Assembly (NCBI GenBank): GCA_052034405.1
Contig: JBPOIO010000001.1
Span: forward strand, 67-64,066
Length of the DNA: 64,000 nt
Source of the DNA: Candidatus Magasanikiibacteriota bacterium
Lineage (GTDB): Bacteria; Patescibacteriota; Patescibacteriia; Magasanikbacterales; UBA922
Reading direction: 5' to 3'
A program made the translations under genes and the position numbers. Every line of letters starts with the position of its first letter. Position 1 is the first letter of the stretch. Below are positions 9,386 through 18,092 of this stretch, in pieces. The notes beneath the pieces were generated by a model, which did not search any database, was not told the DNA's origin, and saw nothing but the letters and a program-made list of their open reading frames with translations.

Positions 9386-10462
9386 TTAGAAAGAAATAAT
9401 TTGTTTTGGCAATGTTTTTTGAAGAGTTACACCATCACGAATAATTTCAAGAGAAAGCATATCAGGACTTTTGAATAAAAGCGGCGCAAGATTTGTATGA
9501 GTAATATCAACTCCAGAAATTTTTGTAATAACATCCCCAACTTTTATTTCTTTTGTTTTATCACCAGAGAGGTCAGTAACAAAAAAACCAGTTATATTTT
9601 TGAGAAATCCATTTTGAATACCTTGATCAACCATCTGCCCCTTCCAAGGAAGAGCCTGGTAATTCAATGAATGCGTACTCAAGAGAGACTTTAATGAGTT
9701 TTCAATATAAAAACCAGGGATAATGCCATTTTCACTATTAAGACCCAAGAGCTCACCTTTGTCAGTAAAAATCAAAGACGCATCAGAAATTGAGGCATGA
9801 AATGTATAAGCAGATTTCCACATTTCGGCACTTGGATTAAACTCTGGATTTTTTTCTAAGGAAGAAAGAGTCCCCAAGATATATTGACCACTACTTTTTG
9901 CAATTATTGGAGCAGAAAGTTTGAGAGCTTCAACTTCTGGAAAAGATACAAAGTGAAAACCATCGCTATTTATTTTGGCATACAAAAGATGATGATTTTT
10001 ATCAATCACTGGATTTTGTAAAGAAAAAGCAGCTCCACGATTGTCTACTACCTGCAAAGATGCCAATATATTTTTGTCGAGTATGCTTGTATTCAAAGGA
10101 AAGACAACCCAACCATCTGACGTTAAAAATACACCACTTGAAAGCGCACTTTCTGCAGGATACCAAGCATTACCCAAAAGTGTTCGTTTGTCATACAGAG
10201 TAACTTGACGCTCCATAATGTGAACAAGCATTGAAGGGTCAATACTTTTGTCTGTTTTTAGAGTGTTTTCATGTGGAAAATTGTAAAATTGGACTTGTGG
10301 AACAGCACGAGGAACAACCCAAGACAAAGCAACAAATACAGTAGAGAGACTCGCAACAATAGCAATAAAAGCACAGGAAAAAAAATAAAACAAAGATTGC
10401 TTCATCGATGAAGAAGTATTTGTTTTTTCTTTTTTTGGAAGATGTGGTGGCAAAGGTTTCAT
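9386..10462 (-). CDS. Membrane-anchored protein with a C-terminal PDZ domain (degenerate HtrA-like protein?)
   Basis: N-terminal TM helix. C-terminal segment GFFVTDLSGDKTKEIKVGDVITKISGVDITHTN...LEIIRDG is PDZ-like. No clear Ser-protease triad seen. Confidence 0.45.
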   Translation of the reverse strand: MKPLPPHLPKKEKTNTSSSMKQSLFYFFSCAFIAIVASLSTVFVALSWVVPRAVPQVQFYNFPHENTLKTDKSIDPSMLVHIMERQVTLYDKRTLLGNAWYPAESALSSGVFLTSDGWVVFPLNTSILDKNILASLQVVDNRGAAFSLQNPVIDKNHHLLYAKINSDGFHFVSFPEVEALKLSAPIIAKSSGQYILGTLSSLEKNPEFNPSAEMWKSAYTFHASISDASLIFTDKGELLGLNSENGIIPGFYIENSLKSLLSTHSLNYQALPWKGQMVDQGIQNGFLKNITGFFVTDLSGDKTKEIKVGDVITKISGVDITHTNLAPLLFKSPDMLSLEIIRDGVTLQKTLPKQIISF

Positions 10463-10492
10463 ACGTATAACAATTATATCATTTTTTTTAAG

Positions 10493-11272
10493 TTAAATCC
10501 ATCGGATAAAAAATAAAGCCAGAAATAAAAATACCAAAACACTTACAATAAGAAATGGAAGTTGTTTTTTCCAAAGAATTCCAGAACCTTGAAAGTGAAA
10601 ACGTGTAAGCATCTGCAGCATATACCAAATCCAAGTCAAAATTACACCAGATACCAAATATCCAAATGGCAAAAGCCCAATACTCCAAAATATTTCTGAT
10701 ATAAAAAGCGCTGTCACTACTCGCCAAAACAAAAATGTCTTTGCTTCAAATTTTACATACATTTTCCAAATTTCTCCCGCAACAAGTCCACCCATAATAC
10801 CAGCAAGCGGAACTAAAACAAAGGGCAATGAACCTGGCCACTCTGACAAAAATAGCACTCCAATGGCAAACAAAAAAGAAAAGAATGCGTAAATATTGAA
10901 TACCCACATCATCATGGCAAAACGACGAAAAGGTTGACGGCCATAACTGAGTGGAATAGAAGAATTTTCTTTGACACCAAACAAAACACCAAAAAGCAAT
11001 GCAACAAAACCCGCAAAAAAATAACGCAGCAAAGCATCGTCAATAATAGAAAACAAAAGCAATGTTGAAAGTGCCGTAGAAAGTGTCAAAAGAAGCGTAT
11101 GGTCACGACGTTTTTCTCGAAAGGTCAAATACAAAAAGGTCAGTAAAGCAAACCAAAAAAATCCAAGTGTAAGAAATAAAAGTGCCGAAGAAAATTTGAG
11201 AATCAAAAAAAATACAGTCCCAGTAATCAGTGAAGAAAGAATAGCAATAGAATATTGAAAATTTGATTTCAT
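10493..11272 (-). CDS. Polytopic integral membrane protein, hypothetical
   Basis: About 7-8 hydrophobic helices. No motif recognised. Confidence 0.5.
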   Translation of the reverse strand: MKSNFQYSIAILSSLITGTVFFLILKFSSALLFLTLGFFWFALLTFLYLTFREKRRDHTLLLTLSTALSTLLLFSIIDDALLRYFFAGFVALLFGVLFGVKENSSIPLSYGRQPFRRFAMMMWVFNIYAFFSFLFAIGVLFLSEWPGSLPFVLVPLAGIMGGLVAGEIWKMYVKFEAKTFLFWRVVTALFISEIFWSIGLLPFGYLVSGVILTWIWYMLQMLTRFHFQGSGILWKKQLPFLIVSVLVFLFLALFFIRWI

Positions 11273-11281
11273 ATATTTCCT

Positions 11282-12265
11282 TTATTTCTTTTTAAAGACA
11301 TCCTGCAAAATAGTACTTACAGCAGTAGCAACCGGAATAGCGATCAAAGCCCCCAAAATGGAAGCAAATTTTGCACCAATCAAAACCGCAATAATAGAAA
11401 CAATTGGGTTGAGACCCACTGCCTTTTGCATAACCTTTGGTGCAAAAAAATGATTTTGAATTTGCTGAAGTGTAATATAAAAAAGCAAAACAACAAAAAA
11501 TAATCCTGGACCACCTTTGGTAAAAGCAAAAAATAACGCTGGTACGGCAGCAATACTTGGACCAATATAGGGAAAAAATTCCAAAAGTCCAGAGAGAAGA
11601 CCACTTACGGCTGCATATTTTATACCCAAAATTGATAACATGAGAAAAACAATGGAACCAGCGATAACTCCCAAAATAAGCTGTCCACGAAACCAGGCAC
11701 TCAAAGTATCACGAACTTTTTGAACACGCTTCAAAGTAATATCCAAATATTGTTCTGGCACCAAAGAATGAATAATATTTTGGAGCGGATCTTTTTGAAT
11801 CACCAAATAAAAAGTAAAAACCAGCACTAATACAAAAGATAATATGCCACCAAAAAATTGTTGGGCATGCGACAAAACACTCTGAACCTGATTTTCAGGA
11901 AATACAAGCCCCGAAGAAATATTGTGCAAAAAAGGAATATTCGAATTTTGAGAAAGATCCTGAAAATATTCGTAGAGCTGTCTTGAAACCTGTGGAAAGT
12001 CATGCAGCACAACCGGAATCAAAATAGCAAAGGCAAATCCAATCAAACCAAAAACTGCAATATAAACCAAAATAGCTGCGGCAATACGCGAAAGGTGTTT
12101 TTTTTCAAAATACAATGCCAAAGGCTCAATAATAGAAGCAATAATAATAGAGACAAAAAGCGCTAGCAAAATTTCACGAACCAAAAACAAAAGATAAAGC
12201 CCCACCAAAATACCAATCACTTTCAATATTGTCTTTGCACTAATTTGAATACTTCTTTCTTCCAT
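11282..12265 (-). CDS. AI-2E family transporter (PerM/YdiK-like, UPF0118) permease
   Basis: Topology and sequence pattern typical of the AI-2E family: an N-terminal TM pair and multiple TM helices ending ...AIPVATAVSTILQDVFKKK. Confidence 0.6.
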   Translation of the reverse strand: MEERSIQISAKTILKVIGILVGLYLLFLVREILLALFVSIIIASIIEPLALYFEKKHLSRIAAAILVYIAVFGLIGFAFAILIPVVLHDFPQVSRQLYEYFQDLSQNSNIPFLHNISSGLVFPENQVQSVLSHAQQFFGGILSFVLVLVFTFYLVIQKDPLQNIIHSLVPEQYLDITLKRVQKVRDTLSAWFRGQLILGVIAGSIVFLMLSILGIKYAAVSGLLSGLLEFFPYIGPSIAAVPALFFAFTKGGPGLFFVVLLFYITLQQIQNHFFAPKVMQKAVGLNPIVSIIAVLIGAKFASILGALIAIPVATAVSTILQDVFKKK

Positions 12266-12356
12266 ATATAATAAAATAAACAGGTCCAGGGTTGAAAAAG
12301 ACTTGAAACTAGTATACAGTAGAGGAGATTTTCTGTAAAATCACAAAGAACCCACT

Positions 12357-12803
12357 ATGACTCCCCTTGCCAGCAATAAAAAAGCCAATTTTGACTATAC
12401 TATCATCCAAAAATACGAAGCTGGTATTGTTTTGTCTGGTCAAGAAGTCAAATCCATCCGATCGGGCGCTGCTCGTCTTACTGGAGCCTTTGTGACCTTT
12501 CATGAAGATACTGCCATGCTCACCAACGCCTTTATCCCCCCCTACAAGCATGCAAGCCACCTTGAAAACTATATTCCAGATGCCAGCCGAAAACTTCTTC
12601 TCAAAAAACGAGAAATTGACTATTTACGTGGAAAATTACAGCAAAAAGGCTTGACAATTGTGCCCTTGTCCCTGTATACTAAGGGACAATTCATAAAAGT
12701 AGAAATTGGCCTGGCTCAGGGTAAAAAAACCTTTGACAAGCGCCAAACCATAAAAGAACGTGAAGGCAAGCGAGAAATCGCTCGAAAAATCAAAAATCAA
12801 TAG
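12357..12803 (+). CDS. smpB: SsrA-binding protein SmpB
   Basis: FDYTIIQKYEAGIVLSGQEVKSIR...GLTIVPLSLY motifs. Immediately upstream of the tmRNA. Confidence 0.9.
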   Translation: MTPLASNKKANFDYTIIQKYEAGIVLSGQEVKSIRSGAARLTGAFVTFHEDTAMLTNAFIPPYKHASHLENYIPDASRKLLLKKREIDYLRGKLQQKGLTIVPLSLYTKGQFIKVEIGLAQGKKTFDKRQTIKEREGKREIARKIKNQ

Positions 12804-12819
12804 GATCATTACAAATCAT

Positions 12820-13210
12820 GGGGATGACAGGGTTCGATAGACGGACCATAGTTATCGGTATTTGCATGTCGAGCCTCTGACTCGTTAAACCGGAGAAATT
12901 CTACGTGCAAACGTATTTACAGCTGTGAAAGCTAGAATTGCTTCTGCATTCTCTATGCCTTCATTCGCTGCCGCTATCGCTTAAGTGCTTTAGCCATCGA
13001 CCCCACCATACTCAATAGTGGGTCATCGGTGTCAATTATTGAGCGTAGGATAAGGGTTGTCTTGCCCAAAATCCGAAAGTTCATCAAGGCTTCTGGTGCG
13101 ACAAGTTTTTGCTTCATTTCTTACTTGGCGTACGTCAACACAAATGAGCTACACATGAAGATGGTACCCATAACCCGCTCTAGACCCGAGTTCAATTCTC
13201 GGCATCTCCA
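12820..13210 (+). ncRNA. ssrA: tmRNA (SsrA), ~390 nt; tag ORF ending ...SMPSFAAAIA-stop
   Basis: 5' end GGGGATGACAGGGTTCGATAGACGG. 3' tRNA-like end GAGTTCAATTCTCGGCATCTCCA pairs with the 5' end and is followed by a T-run. Internal in-frame tag ending gctgccgctatcgcttaa (AAAIA-stop). Lies directly downstream of smpB. Confidence 0.75.
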
Positions 13211-13228
13211 CAATTTTTTATATTATTT

Positions 13229-13780
13229 ATGCGAATCTCACGTAAAAAACGACCAGACAAGCCACTTATACCGCTCTACAAGCTCAATGACAAAATCACT
13301 TCTCCAGAAGTGCGTGTTATTGACCCCGAAGGCAAAAACGTTGGGGTGCTTCCTACCAGCGAAGCACTTGCCATGGCCCGCGCCCAAGAAATGGATTTGG
13401 TAGAAATTAACCCAAAATCAGTACCTCCTGTGGCACAAATTTTGGAATACAGCCATTTCAAATACCAAAAAGAAAAAGAAATGCGCAAACAAAAGATCAA
13501 TTCACATATAAGTGATATCAAGGGTATCCGTATTTCTATCCGTATTTCAGACCATGACCTTGAAATCCGTACCATTCAAGCCAAAAAATTTCTTGAACGT
13601 GGGGATAAAGTCAAAGTAGAAATGATCCTGCGCGACCGAGAAAATGCCAAAATTGGTCTGGCTTTTGAAGTGATCGCAGCCTTCTATACCAAGCTCAATT
13701 CACTCATCCCTGTACGCTACGAGCAAACCGCTACTCGCCAAGGTAACAAAGTCACAGCCATTGTGATTCGAGCATCCTAA
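13229..13780 (+). CDS. infC: Translation initiation factor IF-3
   Basis: PEVRVIDPEGKNVGVL...MDLVEINPKS..., C-terminal domain KIGLAFEV. infC-rpmI-rplT synteny. True start may be non-ATG or internal. Confidence 0.85.
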   Translation: MRISRKKRPDKPLIPLYKLNDKITSPEVRVIDPEGKNVGVLPTSEALAMARAQEMDLVEINPKSVPPVAQILEYSHFKYQKEKEMRKQKINSHISDIKGIRISIRISDHDLEIRTIQAKKFLERGDKVKVEMILRDRENAKIGLAFEVIAAFYTKLNSLIPVRYEQTATRQGNKVTAIVIRAS

Positions 13781-13859
13781 ATGCCCTTGACACAAGCTCT
13801 GTTTTCCTCTATACTAGCCCTACCCTAAAACGATACTACACTTATATTTCTTCAAATAT

Positions 13860-14078
13860 ATGCCAAAAATGAAAACACACAACGCAACGGCCAACCGTTT
13901 CAAGATGATTCGCAAGAAAAAAGCTGGAGTAAAAACTACCCAGATTATCAAACGGGCTGAAGGTCAAGACCATTTCAACGCACGTCAAACAGGAAAAACA
14001 AAACGCAACAAACGAAGTGACAATACGCAATCAAATGCAATGCGTAAAACTATTATTCGAGCACTTCCTTATAACTAA
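13860..14078 (+). CDS. rpmI: 50S ribosomal protein L35
   Basis: MPKMKTH...R start. Small and basic. Sits between infC and rplT. Confidence 0.85.
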   Translation: MPKMKTHNATANRFKMIRKKKAGVKTTQIIKRAEGQDHFNARQTGKTKRNKRSDNTQSNAMRKTIIRALPYN

Positions 14079-14090
14079 TAAAAACTTTGT

Positions 14091-14435
14091 ATGCCAAGAG
14101 TAAAACGCGGAATGGGCCACGTCAAGCATCGCAAAAACCTAATGAAACGTACCAAAGGTTTTGAAGCTGGACGTAAAAATTTGATCAAACAAGCAAAAGT
14201 TGCAGACCTCAAAGCAGGTGTACACGCATATCGTGATCGCCGTGTGAAAAAGCGCGACATGAGAGCCCTCTTTCAAATTCGTATCAATGCTGCAGTTCGT
14301 CCACTCGGATTTAGCTACAGTAAATTCATGAATGCACTCAAGCTCAAAAATATTGCTCTCAATCGAAAAATGCTCTCTGAGATTGCAAAAGGCTATCCAG
14401 ATGTATTCAAAAAGATTGCTGACGCCACAAAATAA
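14091..14435 (+). CDS. rplT: 50S ribosomal protein L20
   Basis: MPRVKRG...HRKNL..AKG start typical of L20. Confidence 0.9.
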   Translation: MPRVKRGMGHVKHRKNLMKRTKGFEAGRKNLIKQAKVADLKAGVHAYRDRRVKKRDMRALFQIRINAAVRPLGFSYSKFMNALKLKNIALNRKMLSEIAKGYPDVFKKIADATK

Positions 14436-14445
14436 TAGCTCAAAA

Positions 14446-14476
14446 ATCTCCACTCCCTCGAGTGGAGATTTTTTTC
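14446..14476 (+). terminator. Rho-independent terminator after rplT
   Basis: atctccactc-cct-gagtggagat followed by ttttttt. Confidence 0.75.
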
Positions 14477-14487
14477 TCTGAATAATA

Positions 14488-14516
14488 TTGACATTGTGGA
14501 TAAAATATGCTATTCT
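14488..14516 (+). promoter_or_regulatory. sigma70-like promoter (TTGACA-17-TATTCT)
   Basis: TTGACA at 14488-14493, 17-nt spacer, TATTCT at 14511-14516. Confidence 0.45.
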
Positions 14517-14537
14517 ACTCTATCCAGAGAGAAAGAT

Positions 14538-14620
14538 CTTTGAAGTGTTTGGCGATGTGGCGGGGGCACCCCCTCCTTTGCCTCTCATGCCTGCGCCGAA
14601 CACTTCAAGGGTCTTTTTTG
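14538..14620 (+). ncRNA. Candidate small structured RNA or attenuator: 16-bp stem enclosing a GC-rich 39-nt loop that contains its own ggggg-ca-ccccc hairpin, followed by a U-run
   Basis: Left arm ttgaagtgtttggcg pairs with right arm cgccgaacacttcaa (one G-U). T-run at 14612-14619. About 22 nt downstream of the promoter-like element. Confidence 0.35.
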
Positions 14621-14831
14621 GTCTATTGACAGCGTCTAAAAAATCTTGTATCATATTCACATCTTTTAACATACTCAATATGGGAATGAGAAAAAAAGGC
14701 CGCGATAAGGAAAAAGCTCAATGGAAGAAGGACAAAATCACTCGCGACAAGAAAAAATTGAAACGTGTTCGCAAAGCTGCGGCAGCAAAAGTTTTGTAAT
14801 ACAGACCCCTTACTTTTTTGTAAGGGAATTT

Positions 14832-14908
14832 GGATCGGTAGTTCAACTGGTTAGAGCACTGCCCTGTCACGGCAGAAGTTGCGGGTTCGAGTCCCGTCCG
14901 GTCCGCCA
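14832..14908 (+). tRNA. tRNA-Asp (GTC)
   Basis: Acceptor GGATCGG/CCGGTCC. Anticodon loop CTGTCAC. T-loop GGTTCGAGTCC. CCA encoded. Confidence 0.85.
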
Positions 14909-14917
14909 GGAAAAAAT

Positions 14918-14947
14918 GACACCCATAATTGGGTGTTGTTTTTTTCT
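14918..14947 (+). terminator. Rho-independent terminator after tRNA-Asp
   Basis: acaccc-ataatt-gggtgt followed by tgtttttttctg. Confidence 0.65.
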
Positions 14948-14997
14948 GTTTGAAAATCGGACGCGAATCGAGGCCGAGTCCCATCCTTTCACCAACA

Positions 14998-15026
14998 TTG
15001 ACAATTCCCTCTTTTTCCCTTATAAT
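14998..15026 (+). promoter_or_regulatory. Perfect-consensus sigma70 promoter (TTGACA-17-TATAAT) for the ABC-F gene
   Basis: TTGACA at 14998-15003, 17-nt spacer, TATAAT at 15021-15026, ATG at 15055. Confidence 0.7.
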
Positions 15027-15054
15027 ACGCACATTATTTACCCAAACAAACCAT

Positions 15055-16530
15055 ATGTCCGCCGGCAATGTAATCCTTCGTTTTGAAAACGTTTCATTCT
15101 CATACAGCGACGACAAGCCCATTCTCGAAGAGGCAAGTTTTTCTGTACGTGAAGATGCCAAAATCACCATCATGGGACAAAACGGTGCTGGTAAGTCAAC
15201 TCTCTTCAAACTCATCCTCGGAGCTTCAGGAAACGACAAACAAGCAGGTCTCAAGCCTACTGGCGGAAAAGTATTCATCCGAGACAATTCTTCTATTGCC
15301 ATCGGACTCCAGGTCATGCCAAAGGAATTTTTTGATCATACAATCCTTGAATACTTTGAAACGGTATTTGAAGAAAAAAAATATAACCTTGAAAAACTCG
15401 TCAAAGACGTCCTTGAAGTCGTACAACTTTCTATCCCACTTGAACGCAAGGTTCGTGAACTCTCTGGTGGCCAACAAGCCCGCCTCCTTCTCGCCTACGC
15501 CCTCATTCAAAAACCAGATATATTGCTTCTCGACGAGCCTACCAACAACCTTGATGCGGCCGGCATCGAGCACCTCACAGGATTTCTCATGATGTATGAA
15601 AAAACCGTAATTGTTATTTCTCACGATGCAAACTTTTTGAATGCATTTACCGACGGTGTCTTGAACCTCGATTTTTATACCAAAAAAGTAGAACAATACG
15701 TAGGAAACTATTTTAATGTAACAGAACAAATTGCAGCACAGATCGAACGTGAAGAAAAGAAAAATGCACAGCTGCGAAAAAATATCCAAGACCGTAAAGA
15801 CAAAGTTAACTTCTTTGCACACAAAGGAGGAAAAATGCGTAAACTCGCGAGTAAACTCAAAGAAGAAGTAGCAGAAGATGAAGAAAACATGGTGGACGTA
15901 AAACGTGACGACAAAACAATTCGTGATTTTGTTATTCCTGCTCAATACTGGCCAGAAGTAGTGGTGAGTATCAACAAAGTTGGTATTGTCAAAAACCACG
16001 AACGTGTATGGAAAGACCTGGATTTGAAACTCTGGCGCGCAAACCGTCTCATGATTACTGGACCAAATGGAATTGGAAAGTCAACGCTGCTCAAAGAACT
16101 TGCCCTCGCTGACGGTACAGGCGCAGTGATCACTCCAGGCGTCAAAGTTGGCTACTACCGCCAAGATTTTTCTGGACTTGATTTCAACAAAACAGTCTAT
16201 GATGCGCTTGCCGAAATGATGGACGTCCCAGATAACCAAACTATCTACGCCACAGGTGCCGCATTTTTGCTCACAGCCGAACTCATGCGCAATACGATTG
16301 GATCGCTTTCCGAAGGTCAAAAAGGCCTTCTCTGCTACGCTCGCTTTGTCCTCCAACAACCAGGACTCCTGATTCTTGACGAACCTACCAACCATATCAA
16401 CTTCCGCCACCTCCCTGTCATCGCCAAAGCTATCGATGCCTTTGAAGGAGCTATCATCCTCGTCTCTCACATGCCAGAATTTGTCGAACAAGTACGCATG
16501 ACCGACGAACTTGACCTTTCTCGCCTCTAA
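15055..16530 (+). CDS. ABC-F family ATPase (tandem ABC domains, no TMD); EttA/Uup-like translation factor
   Basis: Two Walker A motifs (GQNGAGKST, GPNGIGKST) and two ABC signatures (LSGGQQARL, LSEGQKGLL). Start moved to MSAGNVILRFENVSF because the upstream ORF extension overlaps the terminator and promoter. Confidence 0.85.
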   Translation: MSAGNVILRFENVSFSYSDDKPILEEASFSVREDAKITIMGQNGAGKSTLFKLILGASGNDKQAGLKPTGGKVFIRDNSSIAIGLQVMPKEFFDHTILEYFETVFEEKKYNLEKLVKDVLEVVQLSIPLERKVRELSGGQQARLLLAYALIQKPDILLLDEPTNNLDAAGIEHLTGFLMMYEKTVIVISHDANFLNAFTDGVLNLDFYTKKVEQYVGNYFNVTEQIAAQIEREEKKNAQLRKNIQDRKDKVNFFAHKGGKMRKLASKLKEEVAEDEENMVDVKRDDKTIRDFVIPAQYWPEVVVSINKVGIVKNHERVWKDLDLKLWRANRLMITGPNGIGKSTLLKELALADGTGAVITPGVKVGYYRQDFSGLDFNKTVYDALAEMMDVPDNQTIYATGAAFLLTAELMRNTIGSLSEGQKGLLCYARFVLQQPGLLILDEPTNHINFRHLPVIAKAIDAFEGAIILVSHMPEFVEQVRMTDELDLSRL

Positions 16531-16566
16531 TTGCCAAAAGGGCTTTGTTTGTGCTATCCTTTCTCT

Positions 16567-18042
16567 ATGCAAGAAGAAAACGCACAGACAATTCAAAGCC
16601 TTATAAAGCTTATCCAAAAATACGACCAAAAAGCTGATCTTGACTTGATACGGCTTTGTTATGATTTTGCTGCCCAAGCTCATGCAGGGCAGACTCGAAA
16701 ATCCGGCGAACCCTATATTATTCACCCACTTGCCGCAGCACATATTTTGGCAGAACGTCGTATTGACCCTACGATTATTGCAGCAACCCTACTCCACGAT
16801 GTCCCAGAAGATACTACTGTTACCCTCAAAGATATTGAAAAAAACTTTGGCAGTGAAATTGCCGGCCTCGTCAATGGAATCACCAAACTTGGTAAACTCA
16901 AATACCGCGGTGTTGAACGCTATATTGAAAATCTCCGAAAAATGTTTGTTGCCATGGCCGAAGATGTTCGGGTTATGATTATGAAATTTGCAGACCGCAT
17001 GCATAACCTCCAAACACTCGAAGCACTCCCCCAAGAAAAACGTTACCGTATTGCCCTTGAATCTCTCGAGATCTATGCCCCTATTGCAGGACGCCTTGGT
17101 ATGGATAATATGAAAGGAGAACTCGAAGATCTTTCTTTTAAATATGTCTATCCAAAAGAATATATCCGCATGAGACAACTGCGTGACGAACGTCTCAAAG
17201 GAAAAGAACAATATATTGAACATGTTGCCAAACATGCAAAAGACGAACTGAAAAAAAATAATATTCATGTTATTGAAATCATGGGACGAAACAAACGCCT
17301 CTATAGTTTGTACCAAAAACTTTTGCGCAAAGATAATGACATTACAAAAATTTACGACTTTGTGGCTATTCGTATTTTGGTTCCAACCCTTGGTGACTGC
17401 TATGCCACCCTTGGAATCTTGCATAAAATTTGGAAACCACTCAAAGGCCGCATCAAAGACTATATTTCACAACCAAAACCAAATGGCTACCAATCACTGC
17501 ATACCACACTCTTTTGCGAAGAAGGTGAAGTTGTGGAATTTCAAATTCGTACTCCTGACATGAACCAACAGGCGGACTTTGGTATTGCAGCACACTGGCA
17601 CTACGACGAACAAGGTTCTCGTATGCCCAAAAAAGAAGTGCAATGGGCCAGAGAACTTGCAGAAATTCAAAAAGACGTCCTCAATAAACTTTCAGACCTT
17701 GAAGAAATAAAAGTAGATTTTCTCCAAACCCGTATTTTTGTCTTTACTCCAAAAGGTGACGTTATTGACCTTCCAGAAGGTTCTACCCCCGTGGATTTTG
17801 CCTATCACATTCATACTGACATTGGGAACAAATGCGGAGCTTCTATTGTCAATGACAAAATGGTGAGTCTCAATACTGAACTCAAAAATGGCGATGTGGT
17901 AGAAATTATCACCGAAAAAAATCGAAAAGGCCCAAATGCTGATTGGCTCGACTTTGTAAAAACACATACGGCCCGAACACATATTGGCCTTTACAAAAAA
18001 CACGAAACACTTCCAGGATGGCTCAAATCTGTCCTCAAATAA
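16567..18042 (+). CDS. rel: Short RelA/SpoT-homolog (p)ppGpp synthetase/hydrolase with HD, synthetase and TGS domains, lacking the C-terminal regulatory region
   Basis: HD motif IHPLAAAHILAE...LLHDVPEDT. Synthetase DFVAIRILV...YQSLHTTL. TGS IFVFTPKGDVIDLPEGSTPVDFAYHIHTDIG. About 490 aa against ~720 for canonical Rel. Confidence 0.85.
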   Translation: MQEENAQTIQSLIKLIQKYDQKADLDLIRLCYDFAAQAHAGQTRKSGEPYIIHPLAAAHILAERRIDPTIIAATLLHDVPEDTTVTLKDIEKNFGSEIAGLVNGITKLGKLKYRGVERYIENLRKMFVAMAEDVRVMIMKFADRMHNLQTLEALPQEKRYRIALESLEIYAPIAGRLGMDNMKGELEDLSFKYVYPKEYIRMRQLRDERLKGKEQYIEHVAKHAKDELKKNNIHVIEIMGRNKRLYSLYQKLLRKDNDITKIYDFVAIRILVPTLGDCYATLGILHKIWKPLKGRIKDYISQPKPNGYQSLHTTLFCEEGEVVEFQIRTPDMNQQADFGIAAHWHYDEQGSRMPKKEVQWARELAEIQKDVLNKLSDLEEIKVDFLQTRIFVFTPKGDVIDLPEGSTPVDFAYHIHTDIGNKCGASIVNDKMVSLNTELKNGDVVEIITEKNRKGPNADWLDFVKTHTARTHIGLYKKHETLPGWLKSVLK

Positions 18043-18043
18043 A

Positions 18044-18071
18044 AAATCCGCTTGAATGCGGATTTTTGTTT
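18044..18071. terminator. Bidirectional rho-independent terminator between convergent rel and parB
   Basis: aaaaaatccgc-ttgaat-gcggatttttgtt. Confidence 0.75.
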
Positions 18072-18092
18072 ACAATATTTTTAAAGCGAGTT

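Noticed and set aside
12266-12356. Divergent promoter region between the AI-2E transporter gene and smpB
   Set aside because: Only weak -35/-10 matches could be picked out. Not confident enough to annotate.
13029-13403. 124-aa ORF overlapping the 3' half of the tmRNA and the infC start
   Set aside because: Lies inside a well-supported tmRNA. The region is better explained as RNA.
14929-15054. Upstream extension of the ABC-F ORF to an ATG at 14929
   Set aside because: The extension covers the tRNA-Asp terminator and the perfect TTGACA-17-TATAAT promoter. Start reassigned to 15055 (MSAGNVILRFENVSF).
14718-15317. 199-aa minus-strand ORF and 14721..15086 plus-strand ORF spanning tRNA-Asp
   Set aside because: They read through a canonical tRNA, its terminator and a consensus promoter. 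Spurious.
15226-15999. 257-aa antisense ORF within the ABC-F gene; similar antisense ORFs inside rel (16789..17424), smc (50184..50876), nrnA (50926..51591) and the 392-aa gene (60558..61301)
   Set aside because: Shadow ORFs opposite well-supported conserved genes. Repetitive or low-complexity translations.
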